DNA of 64,000 nt from Candidatus Omnitrophota bacterium (GTDB lineage Bacteria; Ratteibacteria; UBA8468; B48-G9; DTJG01). Both the position numbers and the translations under genes were made by a program. Of this stretch, positions 10,807-21,319 are shown piece by piece. Where the stretch lies: the NCBI GenBank assembly GCA_023819255.1, contig JAMWBU010000005.1, positions 1,657 through 65,656 of the forward strand. Reading direction: 5' to 3'. Below the pieces are notes generated by a model that saw only the letters and a list, made by a program, of their open reading frames with translations, had not been told where the DNA came from and searched no databases. The stretch's first letter is position 1. Each line of letters starts with the position of its first letter.

Positions 10807-11769
10807 ATGCAAAAAGTATTCAATTTTTCTCCGTCAGAATTTTTGCCATTTAAGGATGTGAAGGTAATTGAAAGAGTGCGAAAAATCAAAAAAAAGGACA
10901 TCTGCAAGCACCCCAACAAAAATTTTAAAATTCGCGTCATAGAAGATCAGACAGCGTTTGTTTTTGCCTGGGCTCTTCACATTGTTGGCGGAATAAAGAA
11001 ATCCCTTGAAGAAGGGAAACATCATGTAATAATTCTGCCTGCGCCAAATCCACAGTACGCGCTTGTTGCTGAAATGATCAATCAATTAAATATTTCGTGC
11101 AAACATGTACACACTTTTAATATGGATGAGTACGCCGATGAAAATGGAAATACAGCTCCAAAAGATTGGAAAGGCGGTTTCCAGTACTGGATGTGGCACG
11201 ATTTCTTTAATCGAATAAGGCCTGAACTGAGGATGCCTGAAAAACAAATACATTTTCCGAGCACAAAGAATGTCCAGTATTACAGCAAGATGATTGAAGA
11301 TCTCGGCGGAGCAGATATCTGTTATGGAGGCATTGGCTGGTGCGGACACATTGCATTTTTTGAGCCGCATCTCGGAATTGATTATGTCAATAACTTAGAA
11401 GGTTATCTCAAACTCGGCTCAAGGATTGTTGAACTTCATCCAATAACATTGTGTCAGAACAGTCTGTTTGCTGATGCAGGTTGTTCAGGAGACATTGCTG
11501 CGTGCCCGCCAAAAGCCGCAACAATAGGCCCCAGAGACTTGAAGAATTCAAAGCTTGTAAGTTTCTGGAATGGCTTTTCATACGGAGATGTTTCCTGGCA
11601 GAGATTTATCTCACGGCTTGCTGCGCATGGGCCGGTAAGTCCGCTTGTTCCAGCCAGTATCCTTCAAATCCTAAATAGCGAACTTACACTTTCAGGCAGT
11701 GTCGCAGAGGATTGTAAGACAGAAACAGGAGAAAGAAGAATACCCATCCAGTTTCCGGAGAAAAACTAA
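10807..11769 (+). CDS. NagB/glucosamine-6-phosphate deaminase-like sugar-phosphate isomerase family protein
   Basis: HTFNMDEY, GGIGWCGHIAFFEP, PASIL; GGAGG SD. Confidence 0.8.
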   Translation: MQKVFNFSPSEFLPFKDVKVIERVRKIKKKDICKHPNKNFKIRVIEDQTAFVFAWALHIVGGIKKSLEEGKHHVIILPAPNPQYALVAEMINQLNISCKHVHTFNMDEYADENGNTAPKDWKGGFQYWMWHDFFNRIRPELRMPEKQIHFPSTKNVQYYSKMIEDLGGADICYGGIGWCGHIAFFEPHLGIDYVNNLEGYLKLGSRIVELHPITLCQNSLFADAGCSGDIAACPPKAATIGPRDLKNSKLVSFWNGFSYGDVSWQRFISRLAAHGPVSPLVPASILQILNSELTLSGSVAEDCKTETGERRIPIQFPEKN

Positions 11770-12776
11770 TGAAAAAACATTTGAAAGGAAAAATAATAGA
11801 CGCACACTCTCATGCTGGAGTATCTCTAAAAGCGTATATGAATATGGAATATCCATATGCTGAAACCATTGAAGGCATTGCTTTCAGACAGGAAAGATAC
11901 GGAATTGACGCCAATTTCGTTTTTCCTTTTTCTCCTGACCTTTTTTTTGACATCAATTTCCTTAAAAAAGGTATATGCAAACCATCAGGAAAACCGGTGT
12001 CAGATGTTCCCTATGCAATCGAGAATGAACTCTTATTAAAAGAAATCTATGAGTTCTGCCCTGAATACAATGGAAGATTTATTCCATTTGTCTCTGTGGA
12101 CCCTGTGAGAGAAATTAAAAAGCAGGTTGTGAATATTTTAAAACTTGAAAAAAAATATAGGATATTCGGGATCAAGATTGTCCCTGTGATATGTCAATCA
12201 AGTATTCTTGGCCTGCTCAAAACTGGGAAGGCCTTTATTGAAATAGCAAAAGAAAGAAACTGGCCTTTCACAATACACACAACAGTACATTCAGCAGAAA
12301 ATTTTTCCCACGCATCAGCAGTTTTTAAGGTTATTGAAAAAAATCCGGATGTGAGGTTCTGCCTGGCTCACTGCATTGGATTTGATAAAAATTATCTGAA
12401 AATGGCTGATAGCATGGAAAATGTATGGGTCGATACATCAGCCCTTACAATTCAGGTACAACTTACGAGAGAAAACCATCCCATCGCAGCCCCGGAGAAT
12501 GAAAGGTTTGATGCCGACTATTCAGATCACAAAAAGGTGTTAAGCTCTCTTGTCGATGCCTTCCCTGAAACCATTGTCTGGGGCACTGATACCCCTGCAT
12601 ATTCTTACATAGCAAGAAGAAAACAGGGAAAAACGAAAGATTCATATGTTGAAACATGGCTTAAAGCCACATACAGAGATGAAATTGACGCCTTGAGAAG
12701 TCTTCCGAGAAATCTTATTTTGAAGATTGCGAACGAAAACACGCTCAATTTTTTATTTGGCCTGGCAGATGATTAA
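11769..12776 (+). CDS. Amidohydrolase_2 family metallohydrolase
   Basis: IDAHSH, TIHT, LAHC, WVDTS, WGTDTP. Confidence 0.8.
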   Translation: MKKHLKGKIIDAHSHAGVSLKAYMNMEYPYAETIEGIAFRQERYGIDANFVFPFSPDLFFDINFLKKGICKPSGKPVSDVPYAIENELLLKEIYEFCPEYNGRFIPFVSVDPVREIKKQVVNILKLEKKYRIFGIKIVPVICQSSILGLLKTGKAFIEIAKERNWPFTIHTTVHSAENFSHASAVFKVIEKNPDVRFCLAHCIGFDKNYLKMADSMENVWVDTSALTIQVQLTRENHPIAAPENERFDADYSDHKKVLSSLVDAFPETIVWGTDTPAYSYIARRKQGKTKDSYVETWLKATYRDEIDALRSLPRNLILKIANENTLNFLFGLADD

Positions 12777-14034
12777 ACTGAAATACGGAAAAAGTGGTAT
12801 AGAGCTTAATTATCCAGCGAATTTTGTTGTTTTTGAAGGAAATGATATTTCAGGGATTGAAAATCCTGAAGAAAAAATCAGATGGTCATTGAAAAATCCT
12901 GTCGGATGTCCACCACTTTCCAAAATTGTAAGAAAGAAAAGAATTGAAAAAATATGTATTGTTATTTCTGATCACACAAGGGCTGTGCCGAATAAGATCA
13001 TACTTCCTGTAATTATTGAAACTTTGAAATTTGCTGGAATACCTGATGAAAAGATATTCATACTGATAGGAAACGGCACCCATAGAAGCACGACTGAAGA
13101 AGAAAAGATTGAACTTGCTGGCAAAGAAATTGTTGAAAGGTTTCCAATTTATGACCATTGCTCAACAGACGATTCAATGATAGTAAGGATTGAAAACACT
13201 GATTTTTATGTGAACAAAAGATATCTTGATGCAGACCTGAAAATAGTAACAGGTATGATTGAGCCACATTTTTTTGCTGGATTTTCTGGTGGAAGAAAAG
13301 GTGTTTGTCCTGGGATTGCCGGATATCAATCAATAAAAATATTCCATGGAGCCAGGTTTCTCGAACATCCGAATACAAAGCCAGGAATTCTCGAAAACAA
13401 TCCCTGTCATATATTTGCGACTGAATTTGCAAGAAAAACTGGCATTGATTTCCTTGTAAATGTGACAATAAATAAAAAAGGTGAAATTACAGGAATTTTT
13501 TCTGGAGATTTTGAAAAAGCATTTATGAAAGGAGTCGAGTTTTGCAAAAGTTCCACCACAGTTTTCTCTGAGAAAAAATACAAAATTGTCATTACAACAA
13601 ACGGTGGATACCCGCTTGACAGAGATTTTTATCAGTCTGTAAAAGGAATGGTGACCGCCCTTGAAATAGTGGAAGAAGGTGGCATTATCATCAGCGCAGC
13701 AGAATGTTGCGACGGGGTTGGAAGCGCAAATTTCAAAAAACTTCTGTACGGAATGCAGAAAACCGAAGATTTTATGAAAATGATAATGCAGCCAGGTTAT
13801 TTTCATGACCTCCAGTGGGGAGTGCAACCACTGGTTCATGTAATTGACAGGGCACGCGTATTTCTGGTCTCAACCCTTTCAGAAAAAGATGCAAGTTTGT
13901 GCAAAGTAATTCCTTTTAAAGACATAGATCAGGCAATCAGGGCTGCACTTGATGAATATGGAAAAGAAACTGAAATCGCTGTGATACCGGACGGTCCATA
14001 TACAATTGTTCAATTAAAAAAGGAAAACTTATGA
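12769..14034 (+). CDS. larA: Nickel-pincer-dependent lactate racemase (LarA) family racemase/epimerase
   Basis: SDHTR, GTHR, EPHFFAGFSGGRK, YQSVKG; start placed at ATG 12769. Confidence 0.9.
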   Translation: MIKLKYGKSGIELNYPANFVVFEGNDISGIENPEEKIRWSLKNPVGCPPLSKIVRKKRIEKICIVISDHTRAVPNKIILPVIIETLKFAGIPDEKIFILIGNGTHRSTTEEEKIELAGKEIVERFPIYDHCSTDDSMIVRIENTDFYVNKRYLDADLKIVTGMIEPHFFAGFSGGRKGVCPGIAGYQSIKIFHGARFLEHPNTKPGILENNPCHIFATEFARKTGIDFLVNVTINKKGEITGIFSGDFEKAFMKGVEFCKSSTTVFSEKKYKIVITTNGGYPLDRDFYQSVKGMVTALEIVEEGGIIISAAECCDGVGSANFKKLLYGMQKTEDFMKMIMQPGYFHDLQWGVQPLVHVIDRARVFLVSTLSEKDASLCKVIPFKDIDQAIRAALDEYGKETEIAVIPDGPYTIVQLKKENL

Positions 14035-15098
14035 ATGATTGGGGATTTTCACCTGATTTTGAAAATTTAAGAAATACTCTTCTGTGGGAAAAAAATTATC
14101 GTGTGCCAAATATGGAGTTTGTTATTGACAGGGAGATAAAAGAAGCCTATTTAAAAAAAGAAGTAAATTCAGTCAAAGAAGAGATTGAATTCAGGCATAG
14201 AGCCGGCTATGACTACATCTGGATAAGTAAGGGAATGGTGGATCCTGCTGGAACTGTTAATAAAGAACTTGTGATGGACGATCCAGCCAAACACTTCAAA
14301 GGAAAAGACATAAGGGTCTGGGCAGAAGAACATACCGGAATTATAAGAACAGAAAAGGATATTGAACAATTTCCATGGCCGGATATTAAGAAAACTGATT
14401 TTTCTGACTTTGAATTTGCAGAGAAGAATTTACCTGATGGAATGAAGGTTTTCGGGGTTTGCGGAAAAATATTTGTTGCAACATGGATGTTACTCGGCTT
14501 TGAAAACTTTGTGATGCTTAGCGTGGAAAAACCAGAATTTGTTGACCATCTGATAAATATAATTGGTGAAACCCAGGTAAGGTTCTGTGAAAAAATGCTT
14601 GAGTTTGAATGCGTTGGCGGAATATGGATTCCAGATGATATTGCCTATAGAACAGGGACCATAATGCCGCCAAAATGGCTTGGAGAAAAGATATTTCCGT
14701 ATTATAAAAGGATGTCAAAAATGATAAAGGATGCAGGAAAATTGTTCCTGTATCACTCTGATGGAAACCTCTACGAAATGCTTGACATCATAATTGACGC
14801 GGGATTTAACGCGCTGCATCCGATTGAACCTGAATCTATGGATATTCAGGAATTAAGAAAAAAAGTTGGTAAAAAGATCGCACTTATCGGAAACATCCGG
14901 GTTCACACCCTTGCAACAGGCACAAAACAGGAAATACAGGCGCTTACAATGGACAGAATCAAAAAATATGGAATGGAAGGCGGTTATGCTGTTGGCTCAA
15001 GTAATTCAGTTCCTAATTATGTACCGCTTGAAAATTATCTTACGATGCTTGAAACAAACGCGAAACATGGGTGGATAAAAGATAAGGAGGTACCGTGA
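14031..15098 (+). CDS. UroD/MtaA-like family protein
   Basis: PDDIAY, YHSDGN, HPIEP, GGYAVGSSNSVP. Confidence 0.85.
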   Translation: MNDWGFSPDFENLRNTLLWEKNYRVPNMEFVIDREIKEAYLKKEVNSVKEEIEFRHRAGYDYIWISKGMVDPAGTVNKELVMDDPAKHFKGKDIRVWAEEHTGIIRTEKDIEQFPWPDIKKTDFSDFEFAEKNLPDGMKVFGVCGKIFVATWMLLGFENFVMLSVEKPEFVDHLINIIGETQVRFCEKMLEFECVGGIWIPDDIAYRTGTIMPPKWLGEKIFPYYKRMSKMIKDAGKLFLYHSDGNLYEMLDIIIDAGFNALHPIEPESMDIQELRKKVGKKIALIGNIRVHTLATGTKQEIQALTMDRIKKYGMEGGYAVGSSNSVPNYVPLENYLTMLETNAKHGWIKDKEVP

Positions 15099-16156
15099 TC
15101 AGGATTGAAAACCCTTCAAAAAAAGAATATGAAAACATAATGCAATTCCTTGAAGAATCTTTTGACCATTCAAGAGGATTTTTTTATCGGTCGTTTCCGC
15201 AGGTTATGTCAAAAGAAACCCTTGATTACGACAACATTTTTATCATCAGGCAGAACAAAAGGATCGCCTCTTTAATCGGCATATACCCGCAAAATGTTGT
15301 GTTAAACGGAAGGGAAACAACAATTGGTGGTATAGGAAGCGTATCAACCCATCCTGATTTTAGAAACAAAGGATATATGAAGATATTGATGGACTTTTGC
15401 ATAGAAGAGATGAAAAGAAGAAATTATTCATTTTCAATTCTCGGAGGCGATAGACAGCGTTATAACTTCTGGGGATATGAAACATGCGGCGCAAATGCTG
15501 TATTTACCTTCAGTCAGAGAGCCTTTGAAAAAACAGGAATAACCAGCACTGTTTTAGTTTCCAGGTATGACGGCTCGATTGAAACACTTCAAGATATAAA
15601 AGAAGCTCATGAAAAATTTCCATGCTATATTGAAAGAACAATACCGTGGTATAAAAAAGTTTTTGATGAAAGAATACATACCCAGCTTTATTATACAAGA
15701 ATCAGAAACAGTTTTGCATATGCGGTCGCAGTTGGAGAAAGGACGGAAAGAACTATTGTAGAAATTGGCGGAGACAGCAACCTCTGGTGTTCTTTGATAA
15801 ACCAGCTACTTAAAAGATGGAATGCAAACGAAATTAGTGTTAATTTCCCGGCAAACATACCTGAAACAAATGTTTTATTGAAACATGCCAGCAGGTTCAC
15901 TATAGGACCCTTTTTTATGATAAAAATTCTCTCCCTCAAGGACACGATGGATTTTCTTTTCGGAAAGGATTTTGAAAATGAATATCTTGCGAAAATCACT
16001 GAAACAAAAGAAATTGCAGGAAAAGGCAAAAAGCTGGTAGAGCTTGACGAGAAAAAGTGGGTAAGGATTCTTTTCGGTCCCTTTTCTTTAGATACACCTG
16101 ATTTTTTGAAGAAAAAACAATCTCAGTTTTACTGGTGGTTTTTAGATCACATCTAA
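15095..16156 (+). CDS. GNAT N-acetyltransferase (Eis-like)
   Basis: GGIGSVSTHPDFRNKGYM acetyl-CoA motif, RYNFWGYE. Confidence 0.85.
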   Translation: MIRIENPSKKEYENIMQFLEESFDHSRGFFYRSFPQVMSKETLDYDNIFIIRQNKRIASLIGIYPQNVVLNGRETTIGGIGSVSTHPDFRNKGYMKILMDFCIEEMKRRNYSFSILGGDRQRYNFWGYETCGANAVFTFSQRAFEKTGITSTVLVSRYDGSIETLQDIKEAHEKFPCYIERTIPWYKKVFDERIHTQLYYTRIRNSFAYAVAVGERTERTIVEIGGDSNLWCSLINQLLKRWNANEISVNFPANIPETNVLLKHASRFTIGPFFMIKILSLKDTMDFLFGKDFENEYLAKITETKEIAGKGKKLVELDEKKWVRILFGPFSLDTPDFLKKKQSQFYWWFLDHI

Positions 16157-17379
16157 TGTTCTGAAACAGGATATCCTATTGAAGCAAGCATTCGCGTTAT
16201 TTCTTCTCTGTTTGAAAGCTCACTGCAAATCTTCACCCTTTTTTTCTTTACATCCACATCAACAATCTTCACTCCCTCAACAGAAGAGATTCTGTCTTGT
16301 ATTTTCTTTGCGCAATTAGCGCAGGAAATCTCAGGAACATTAAAAACATAACAGTGTCCATACTTCTGCCTCACAGAAAATTTTTTTCTGGCCTCAGTTA
16401 TCATAAAATAAACCGCAAATCCGATAAGGATTAATGCTGATATGTATGAAACCAGAAGGAAATTGTTGTGTCTGTGTTGTGTTTCAAAAATACTGATACC
16501 ATAATTACTCACAATCGCATCCAGTCCAATAGCCGATAATAATGAAATGCCAACAATTACGATGATATAGATTATAAAACTCTTTATTCCGAGTGTTCTA
16601 GCGATAAAAAACATGGTAACTGTATTTGTCGCAGGCCCTGTTATTAAAAACACAAGTGCGGCGCCAGGACTTATTCCTTTTGCAATCAAGGATGCTGCAA
16701 TTGGTATCGAGCCTGTCGCACATACATAAAGAGGGACCCCAACAACAAGCATTAACAGGTATGTTAGGTATCTGCTGTCCAGATGGCCCGATAAAAACCG
16801 GTCAGGAACAATGTATGATATTATTCCTCCTATAAGCACTCCCCAGAATATCCATTTTGCTATTGAGCCGTATATTTCTGTGAAAGCATATTTCAATCCG
16901 CCAGCAATTGTTGTTTTCGAACAGGAAAAATTACCCTGTTCAGGTTGTTTTTCAGCGTTTTTCTTTTCTTTTGAAAAAATGTCAACAAGGATCCCGGCCA
17001 CAATGCCAATCAAAACACTTGCAATTATTCTGCAAAACATAAAAAATCCCCCAAGAAGTCCATATGTTGCAAATATTGAATCAATGCCTGTGACAGGGGT
17101 TGAACTTAAGAAAGCGACAACAGAACCCTTGCTTGCTCCTGACTTATAAAAAGTTGCCGCAGGAGGAAGAACACCGCAAGAACAAAGTGGAAGAGGAACT
17201 CCAAATATTACGGCTTTCACAATAGGCAGTATGCCCTTTCCTCCAAGATGCTTCAGGATAATTTCTGGCTTGAAAAAAGCGGAAATAATGCCAGACACAA
17301 CAAAACCGAGCAAAAGATAAAAACTCATCTGTAAAAACAGATTCCATGTTTCCTTAACAATTCCGAAGATCAAGTCCAC
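16153..17379 (-). CDS. DUF318/ArsP-type metal permease with C-terminal HMA domain
   Basis: PLPLCSCGVLP and PLYVCATGSIP repeats, multiple TM helices, ISCANC HMA motif. Confidence 0.85.
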   Translation of the reverse strand: MDLIFGIVKETWNLFLQMSFYLLLGFVVSGIISAFFKPEIILKHLGGKGILPIVKAVIFGVPLPLCSCGVLPPAATFYKSGASKGSVVAFLSSTPVTGIDSIFATYGLLGGFFMFCRIIASVLIGIVAGILVDIFSKEKKNAEKQPEQGNFSCSKTTIAGGLKYAFTEIYGSIAKWIFWGVLIGGIISYIVPDRFLSGHLDSRYLTYLLMLVVGVPLYVCATGSIPIAASLIAKGISPGAALVFLITGPATNTVTMFFIARTLGIKSFIIYIIVIVGISLLSAIGLDAIVSNYGISIFETQHRHNNFLLVSYISALILIGFAVYFMITEARKKFSVRQKYGHCYVFNVPEISCANCAKKIQDRISSVEGVKIVDVDVKKKRVKICSELSNREEITRMLASIGYPVSEH

Positions 17380-17383
17380 TGGT

Positions 17384-18193
17384 TTATGATGAAGTTATTG
17401 AAATGTTCATACTGCCTGTTCTGTATCCTTCGAGATCTAAACTGATACAGGCGTAGCCTATTTCTTTCAGGACCTTTATTATTTTTTTCCTTATATTAAC
17501 AATTTTTGCGATATCATCCGGAGAAACTTCTATTCTGCACATTTTATCATAATCTCTCACTCTCACTTCTAAAAAACCGATTCTTCTTAAATATTCTTCA
17601 GCCCTGCAAATTCTTTCCAACCTCTCTTTTGTGATTTTTTCACCGTATGGAATCCTTGAAGCAAGGCAAGCCATCTGCGGCTTATTCCATGTTGGAAGTC
17701 CCATCTTTTTTGACAGTTCCCTTATATCTTTTTTCCTGAATTCAGCAATCTGCAGTGGCGAAATAACTCCAAACATTGATTTTGCCTTATTTCCAGGCCG
17801 ATAATCAGAGATATCGTCAAAATTTGAACCATCAGCAATAGCATTAAAACCCTCTTTTTTCGCAACAGACGCAAGGCGCGAAAATAAATCCTTTTTGCAA
17901 TAAAAACATCTATCGACAGGGTTTTTTGTAAAGGTTTTATCAGCCAGCTTTTTAGAATTATAGATAAAAACCTTTACACCGAGCGCCCGCGCAAAATCCT
18001 CTGCAAATTTGACCTCATTTTCAGAATAGAGCTCTGCTTTTTCAATAAAAGCACCAACATTTTCTGCTCCAAGACAATCTACAGAGAATCTCATAAGGAA
18101 TGTGCTATCAACTCCTCCAGAATAAGCGATAAGAATTTTCCTGCTTTTTTTCAGGATTTTTTCAAGTTTCTTTTTTTTTTCACCGATATTCAT
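17384..18193 (-). CDS. larE: LarE sulfur transferase (nickel-pincer cofactor biosynthesis)
   Basis: PP-loop AYSGGVDS, RCFYCK, DYRPG, ACLASRIPYG, GYRTGSMN. Confidence 0.93.
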   Translation of the reverse strand: MNIGEKKKKLEKILKKSRKILIAYSGGVDSTFLMRFSVDCLGAENVGAFIEKAELYSENEVKFAEDFARALGVKVFIYNSKKLADKTFTKNPVDRCFYCKKDLFSRLASVAKKEGFNAIADGSNFDDISDYRPGNKAKSMFGVISPLQIAEFRKKDIRELSKKMGLPTWNKPQMACLASRIPYGEKITKERLERICRAEEYLRRIGFLEVRVRDYDKMCRIEVSPDDIAKIVNIRKKIIKVLKEIGYACISLDLEGYRTGSMNISITSS

Positions 18194-18432
18194 TCTTCAA
18201 CATTCACAACTTCTTTAATCTCAGGAACCCTGTCCTTTATAATTTTTTCAACCCTCATTTTCAATGTTAACTGAGCAAAAGGACAGCCTGCGCAACTTCC
18301 TGTTAGTTTCACCTTTGCGGTATCGCCTGAAACCTCAATAAGCTCACAGTCTCCGCCTTCCATCTGAAGAAAACACCTTATTTCCTTCAATGCCTCTTCC
18401 ACCTTTGTTTTCACTTCCTGATTTGAAGTCAT
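18190..18432 (-). CDS. NifU C-terminal/Nfu-type Fe-S carrier
   Basis: EGGDCEL, GSCAGCP. Confidence 0.9.
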   Translation of the reverse strand: MTSNQEVKTKVEEALKEIRCFLQMEGGDCELIEVSGDTAKVKLTGSCAGCPFAQLTLKMRVEKIIKDRVPEIKEVVNVEE

Positions 18433-18447
18433 CAGTCCTCCTTCTGG

Positions 18448-18825
18448 TTAATGTTTTGCCCTTTGTTTCTCTCTATAGTCATTGATTGCGGCGCGAAGTC
18501 CCTGTTCTGCAAGAAGAGAACAGTGTTTCTTCAATGGCGGGAGACCCTCAAGAACATCTACGACATCCTGATTGGTAATCTTTTCCGCTTCTTCAAGGGT
18601 TTTTCCTCTGGCAAGTTCCGTGATCACAGAACTTGTTGCAACAGCAGCTCCGCAGCCAAATGTCTCAAACTTGATGTCTGCAATCCTGTCATCTCTAACC
18701 TTTATATAAATCCACATAACATCTCCACATACAGGATTTCCCACTTTTCCTATTCCATCCGCGTTCTCTATTCTTCCCATATTTCTCGGGTTTTTAAAGT
18801 GATCAAGAAGTTTTTCGCTGTACAT
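18448..18825 (-). CDS. iscU: Fe-S cluster scaffold IscU/NifU-N
   Basis: HFKNPRN, NPVCGD, FGCG, LPPLKKHCS. Confidence 0.93.
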   Translation of the reverse strand: MYSEKLLDHFKNPRNMGRIENADGIGKVGNPVCGDVMWIYIKVRDDRIADIKFETFGCGAAVATSSVITELARGKTLEEAEKITNQDVVDVLEGLPPLKKHCSLLAEQGLRAAINDYREKQRAKH

Positions 18826-18834
18826 TTTTTCTCC

Positions 18835-19734
18835 TTATACATATTTAAGCATTGCGTCGAGAGCGCTGCGCGCCTTTTTAATAACATTTTCTGAAAGAAC
18901 AATTTCATCTGTTTCATTTTCCAGACAGTCTTTTAATTTTTCAAGTGTTGTTTTTTTCATGTTAAAGCAAACTCTGGCTGATCCAAGAGAAAAAAATTCT
19001 TTATACGGATTTTCCTTCTTCAACCTGTGTATCAGCCCTTCTTCTGTGCCTATAATAAATATTTTTGAATCTGAAATTTTTGCCCTTTTCAGCATGCCTG
19101 ATGTTGAAAGCACAAAATCCGCCGCCTCCTGAACTTCAGGATTGCATTCCGGGTGAACCATTATTTCCGCATCAGTATATTTTTTTCTTGCCAGTTTTAA
19201 ATCCTGTATTGTAAATTGTCTGTGAACAAAACAGTACCCATCCCACAGAATCAATTTTTTTTCAGGAACCTGTTTCTGAACAAAATAACCAAGATTCCTG
19301 TCAGGTAGAAAAATTACTGTGTCTGAAGGAATATTTTTAACAACCGTAGCCGCATTCGATGAAGTGCAGCAAACATCAGAAATCGCTTTTACATCAGCTG
19401 AAGTATTCACATATGAAACAACCGGAACATCAGGATTTTTTTCTTTTAATTTCATCACATCTTCAACCCTTGCCATATCCGCAAGAGGACAACCCGCATC
19501 AAAGGCGGGCAAAAAAACCTTTTTTCCTGGATTTAAAATTTTTGCTGTCTCTGCCATGAATCTTACACCACAAAAAATGATAAGACCAGAATCTGTTATT
19601 TCCGTTGCTTTTCTTGCAAGCTCAAGACTGTCCCCAACAAAATCCGCTACATCCTGTATTTCTGGCAATTGATAATTATGCGCCAGAATCACAGCATTTT
19701 TCTTCTCTTTGATTTTTCTTATTTCATCTATCAT
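18835..19734 (-). CDS. nadA: Quinolinate synthase
   Basis: LAHNYQ, GDSL, GCPLA, YVNTS, GYCFVH, HPEC, CFNMK. Confidence 0.96.
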   Translation of the reverse strand: MIDEIRKIKEKKNAVILAHNYQLPEIQDVADFVGDSLELARKATEITDSGLIIFCGVRFMAETAKILNPGKKVFLPAFDAGCPLADMARVEDVMKLKEKNPDVPVVSYVNTSADVKAISDVCCTSSNAATVVKNIPSDTVIFLPDRNLGYFVQKQVPEKKLILWDGYCFVHRQFTIQDLKLARKKYTDAEIMVHPECNPEVQEAADFVLSTSGMLKRAKISDSKIFIIGTEEGLIHRLKKENPYKEFFSLGSARVCFNMKKTTLEKLKDCLENETDEIVLSENVIKKARSALDAMLKYV

Positions 19735-19735
19735 C

Positions 19736-20896
19736 TTATTTTTTGTTCCAGAAAGGAGACATCTTCCTTAACTTCTCAACAATTTCAGGTAATACATCTG
19801 CGGTTTTCTCAATATCAGCCATTGTATTGGACCTACCAAGGCTGAATCTTAAAGAGCCATGCGCAACCTCTGGCGGAATACCAAGCGCAAGAAGCACGTG
19901 AGACGGCTCCAGAGAACCAGAGGTACAGGCAGAGCCAGAAGATACGCATATTCCTTCAAAATCAAGATGCAAAAGCATGCTTTCGCCCTCAACATATTTA
20001 ACGCAAATGTTGAGCGTGTTATAAAGACGCTTTTCAGGGTGTCCATTAACAATGATTTCAGGTATTCTTTCAACAAGTTTCTTTTCAAGCTCATCCCTGA
20101 GAATTTTTTCTTTTGATGAATCCTGAGCCATTTTTTCCTCAGCGATCTCGCACGCTTTCCCAAGTCCGACCATAGCAGGGACATTCTCTGTTCCCGGCCT
20201 CAAACCCTTTTCCTGATGTCCGCCATAAAAAACGGGCTTAAATTTTACTCCTTTTCTCACATAAAGAGCCCCTATTCCTTTTGGTCCGTAAAACTTGTGT
20301 CCTGACAGTGAAAAAAAGTCCACATTTAATTTTTTTACAGACACAGGAATTTTTCCTGCCACCTGAACCCCATCGCAGTGGAAAACAATATTATTTTCTT
20401 TCGCGATTTTTCCAATTTGCTCAATGGGTTCGATTGTTCCAATTTCATTGTTCGCAGCCATTATCGAAATAAGCATTGTTTTCTCATTTATTGCTTTTCT
20501 CACATCGTCAGGATCAATAATTCCATACCTGTCTACTGGAAGATAGGTCACCTGAAAGCCCATATTTTTTTCAAGAAACTTGCAAACATTCAGCACAGCA
20601 TGGTGTTCAATCAGCGAAGTTATGATGTGGTTGCCTCTGTTTTTCAAAAGCAATGCAGTGCCGATAATTGCGATATTGTTGCTTTCTGTTCCACCTGATG
20701 TAAAAATTATTTCTTCAGATGAAGCATCAAGCAATCTTGCCACCTTTTTCCTCGCATCCTCAACTGCCTCTTTTGCTCTTTGAGAGGCGGTGTAGATAGA
20801 AGAGGGATTAAAAAACATTTCAGTAAACCATTTTTTCATTTCCTCAAGCACAACCGGATCGCAGGGAGTTGTCGCATTATGGTCAAGATATATCAT
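19736..20896 (-). CDS. nifS: Cysteine desulfurase (NifS/IscS type)
   Basis: YLDHNATT, SGHKFYGPKG, SSGSACTS. Confidence 0.95.
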   Translation of the reverse strand: MIYLDHNATTPCDPVVLEEMKKWFTEMFFNPSSIYTASQRAKEAVEDARKKVARLLDASSEEIIFTSGGTESNNIAIIGTALLLKNRGNHIITSLIEHHAVLNVCKFLEKNMGFQVTYLPVDRYGIIDPDDVRKAINEKTMLISIMAANNEIGTIEPIEQIGKIAKENNIVFHCDGVQVAGKIPVSVKKLNVDFFSLSGHKFYGPKGIGALYVRKGVKFKPVFYGGHQEKGLRPGTENVPAMVGLGKACEIAEEKMAQDSSKEKILRDELEKKLVERIPEIIVNGHPEKRLYNTLNICVKYVEGESMLLHLDFEGICVSSGSACTSGSLEPSHVLLALGIPPEVAHGSLRFSLGRSNTMADIEKTADVLPEIVEKLRKMSPFWNKK

Positions 20897-20908
20897 TTTG
20901 GTTCCTTT

Positions 20909-21319
20909 TTAAAATTTTATTTTTATCGCTCTTACCATACACCCTTTAACACATAACATACAGGTGATACACTTTTCATAGTCAAAAAGAACCTTTCTTG
21001 TTGAGCCGTCATAATAGAAAGCGTTTGTCGGACAGAGTCCAATACATACACCGCAATGTGTACAAATCTTATCGTCCTTGGTAATATCCTGCTTCAACCT
21101 CTGAAGTATGATATTCTGATTTTTCAGTTCTTTCAAAACATGTTTGACAACATTTTCTTCGCCCGTGAAAACAATAACCATTAGCCCCTCTTTCTGAGGA
21201 AGAACCTGCGCCTGCAGGATATTAAATTCTATGTCGTATTTTTTCACAAGATTTGAAATTGTCGGTTTATCAACAAGTTCTCTGGGAAATTTAAGCACCA
21301 CCCTTTCGCTTATCTTCAT
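20909..21319 (-). CDS. NIL domain-ferredoxin (MA1822-like partner of homocysteine synthase)
   Basis: NIL motif plus two CxxCxxCxxxC motifs. Confidence 0.85.
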   Translation of the reverse strand: MKISERVVLKFPRELVDKPTISNLVKKYDIEFNILQAQVLPQKEGLMVIVFTGEENVVKHVLKELKNQNIILQRLKQDITKDDKICTHCGVCIGLCPTNAFYYDGSTRKVLFDYEKCITCMLCVKGCMVRAIKIKF

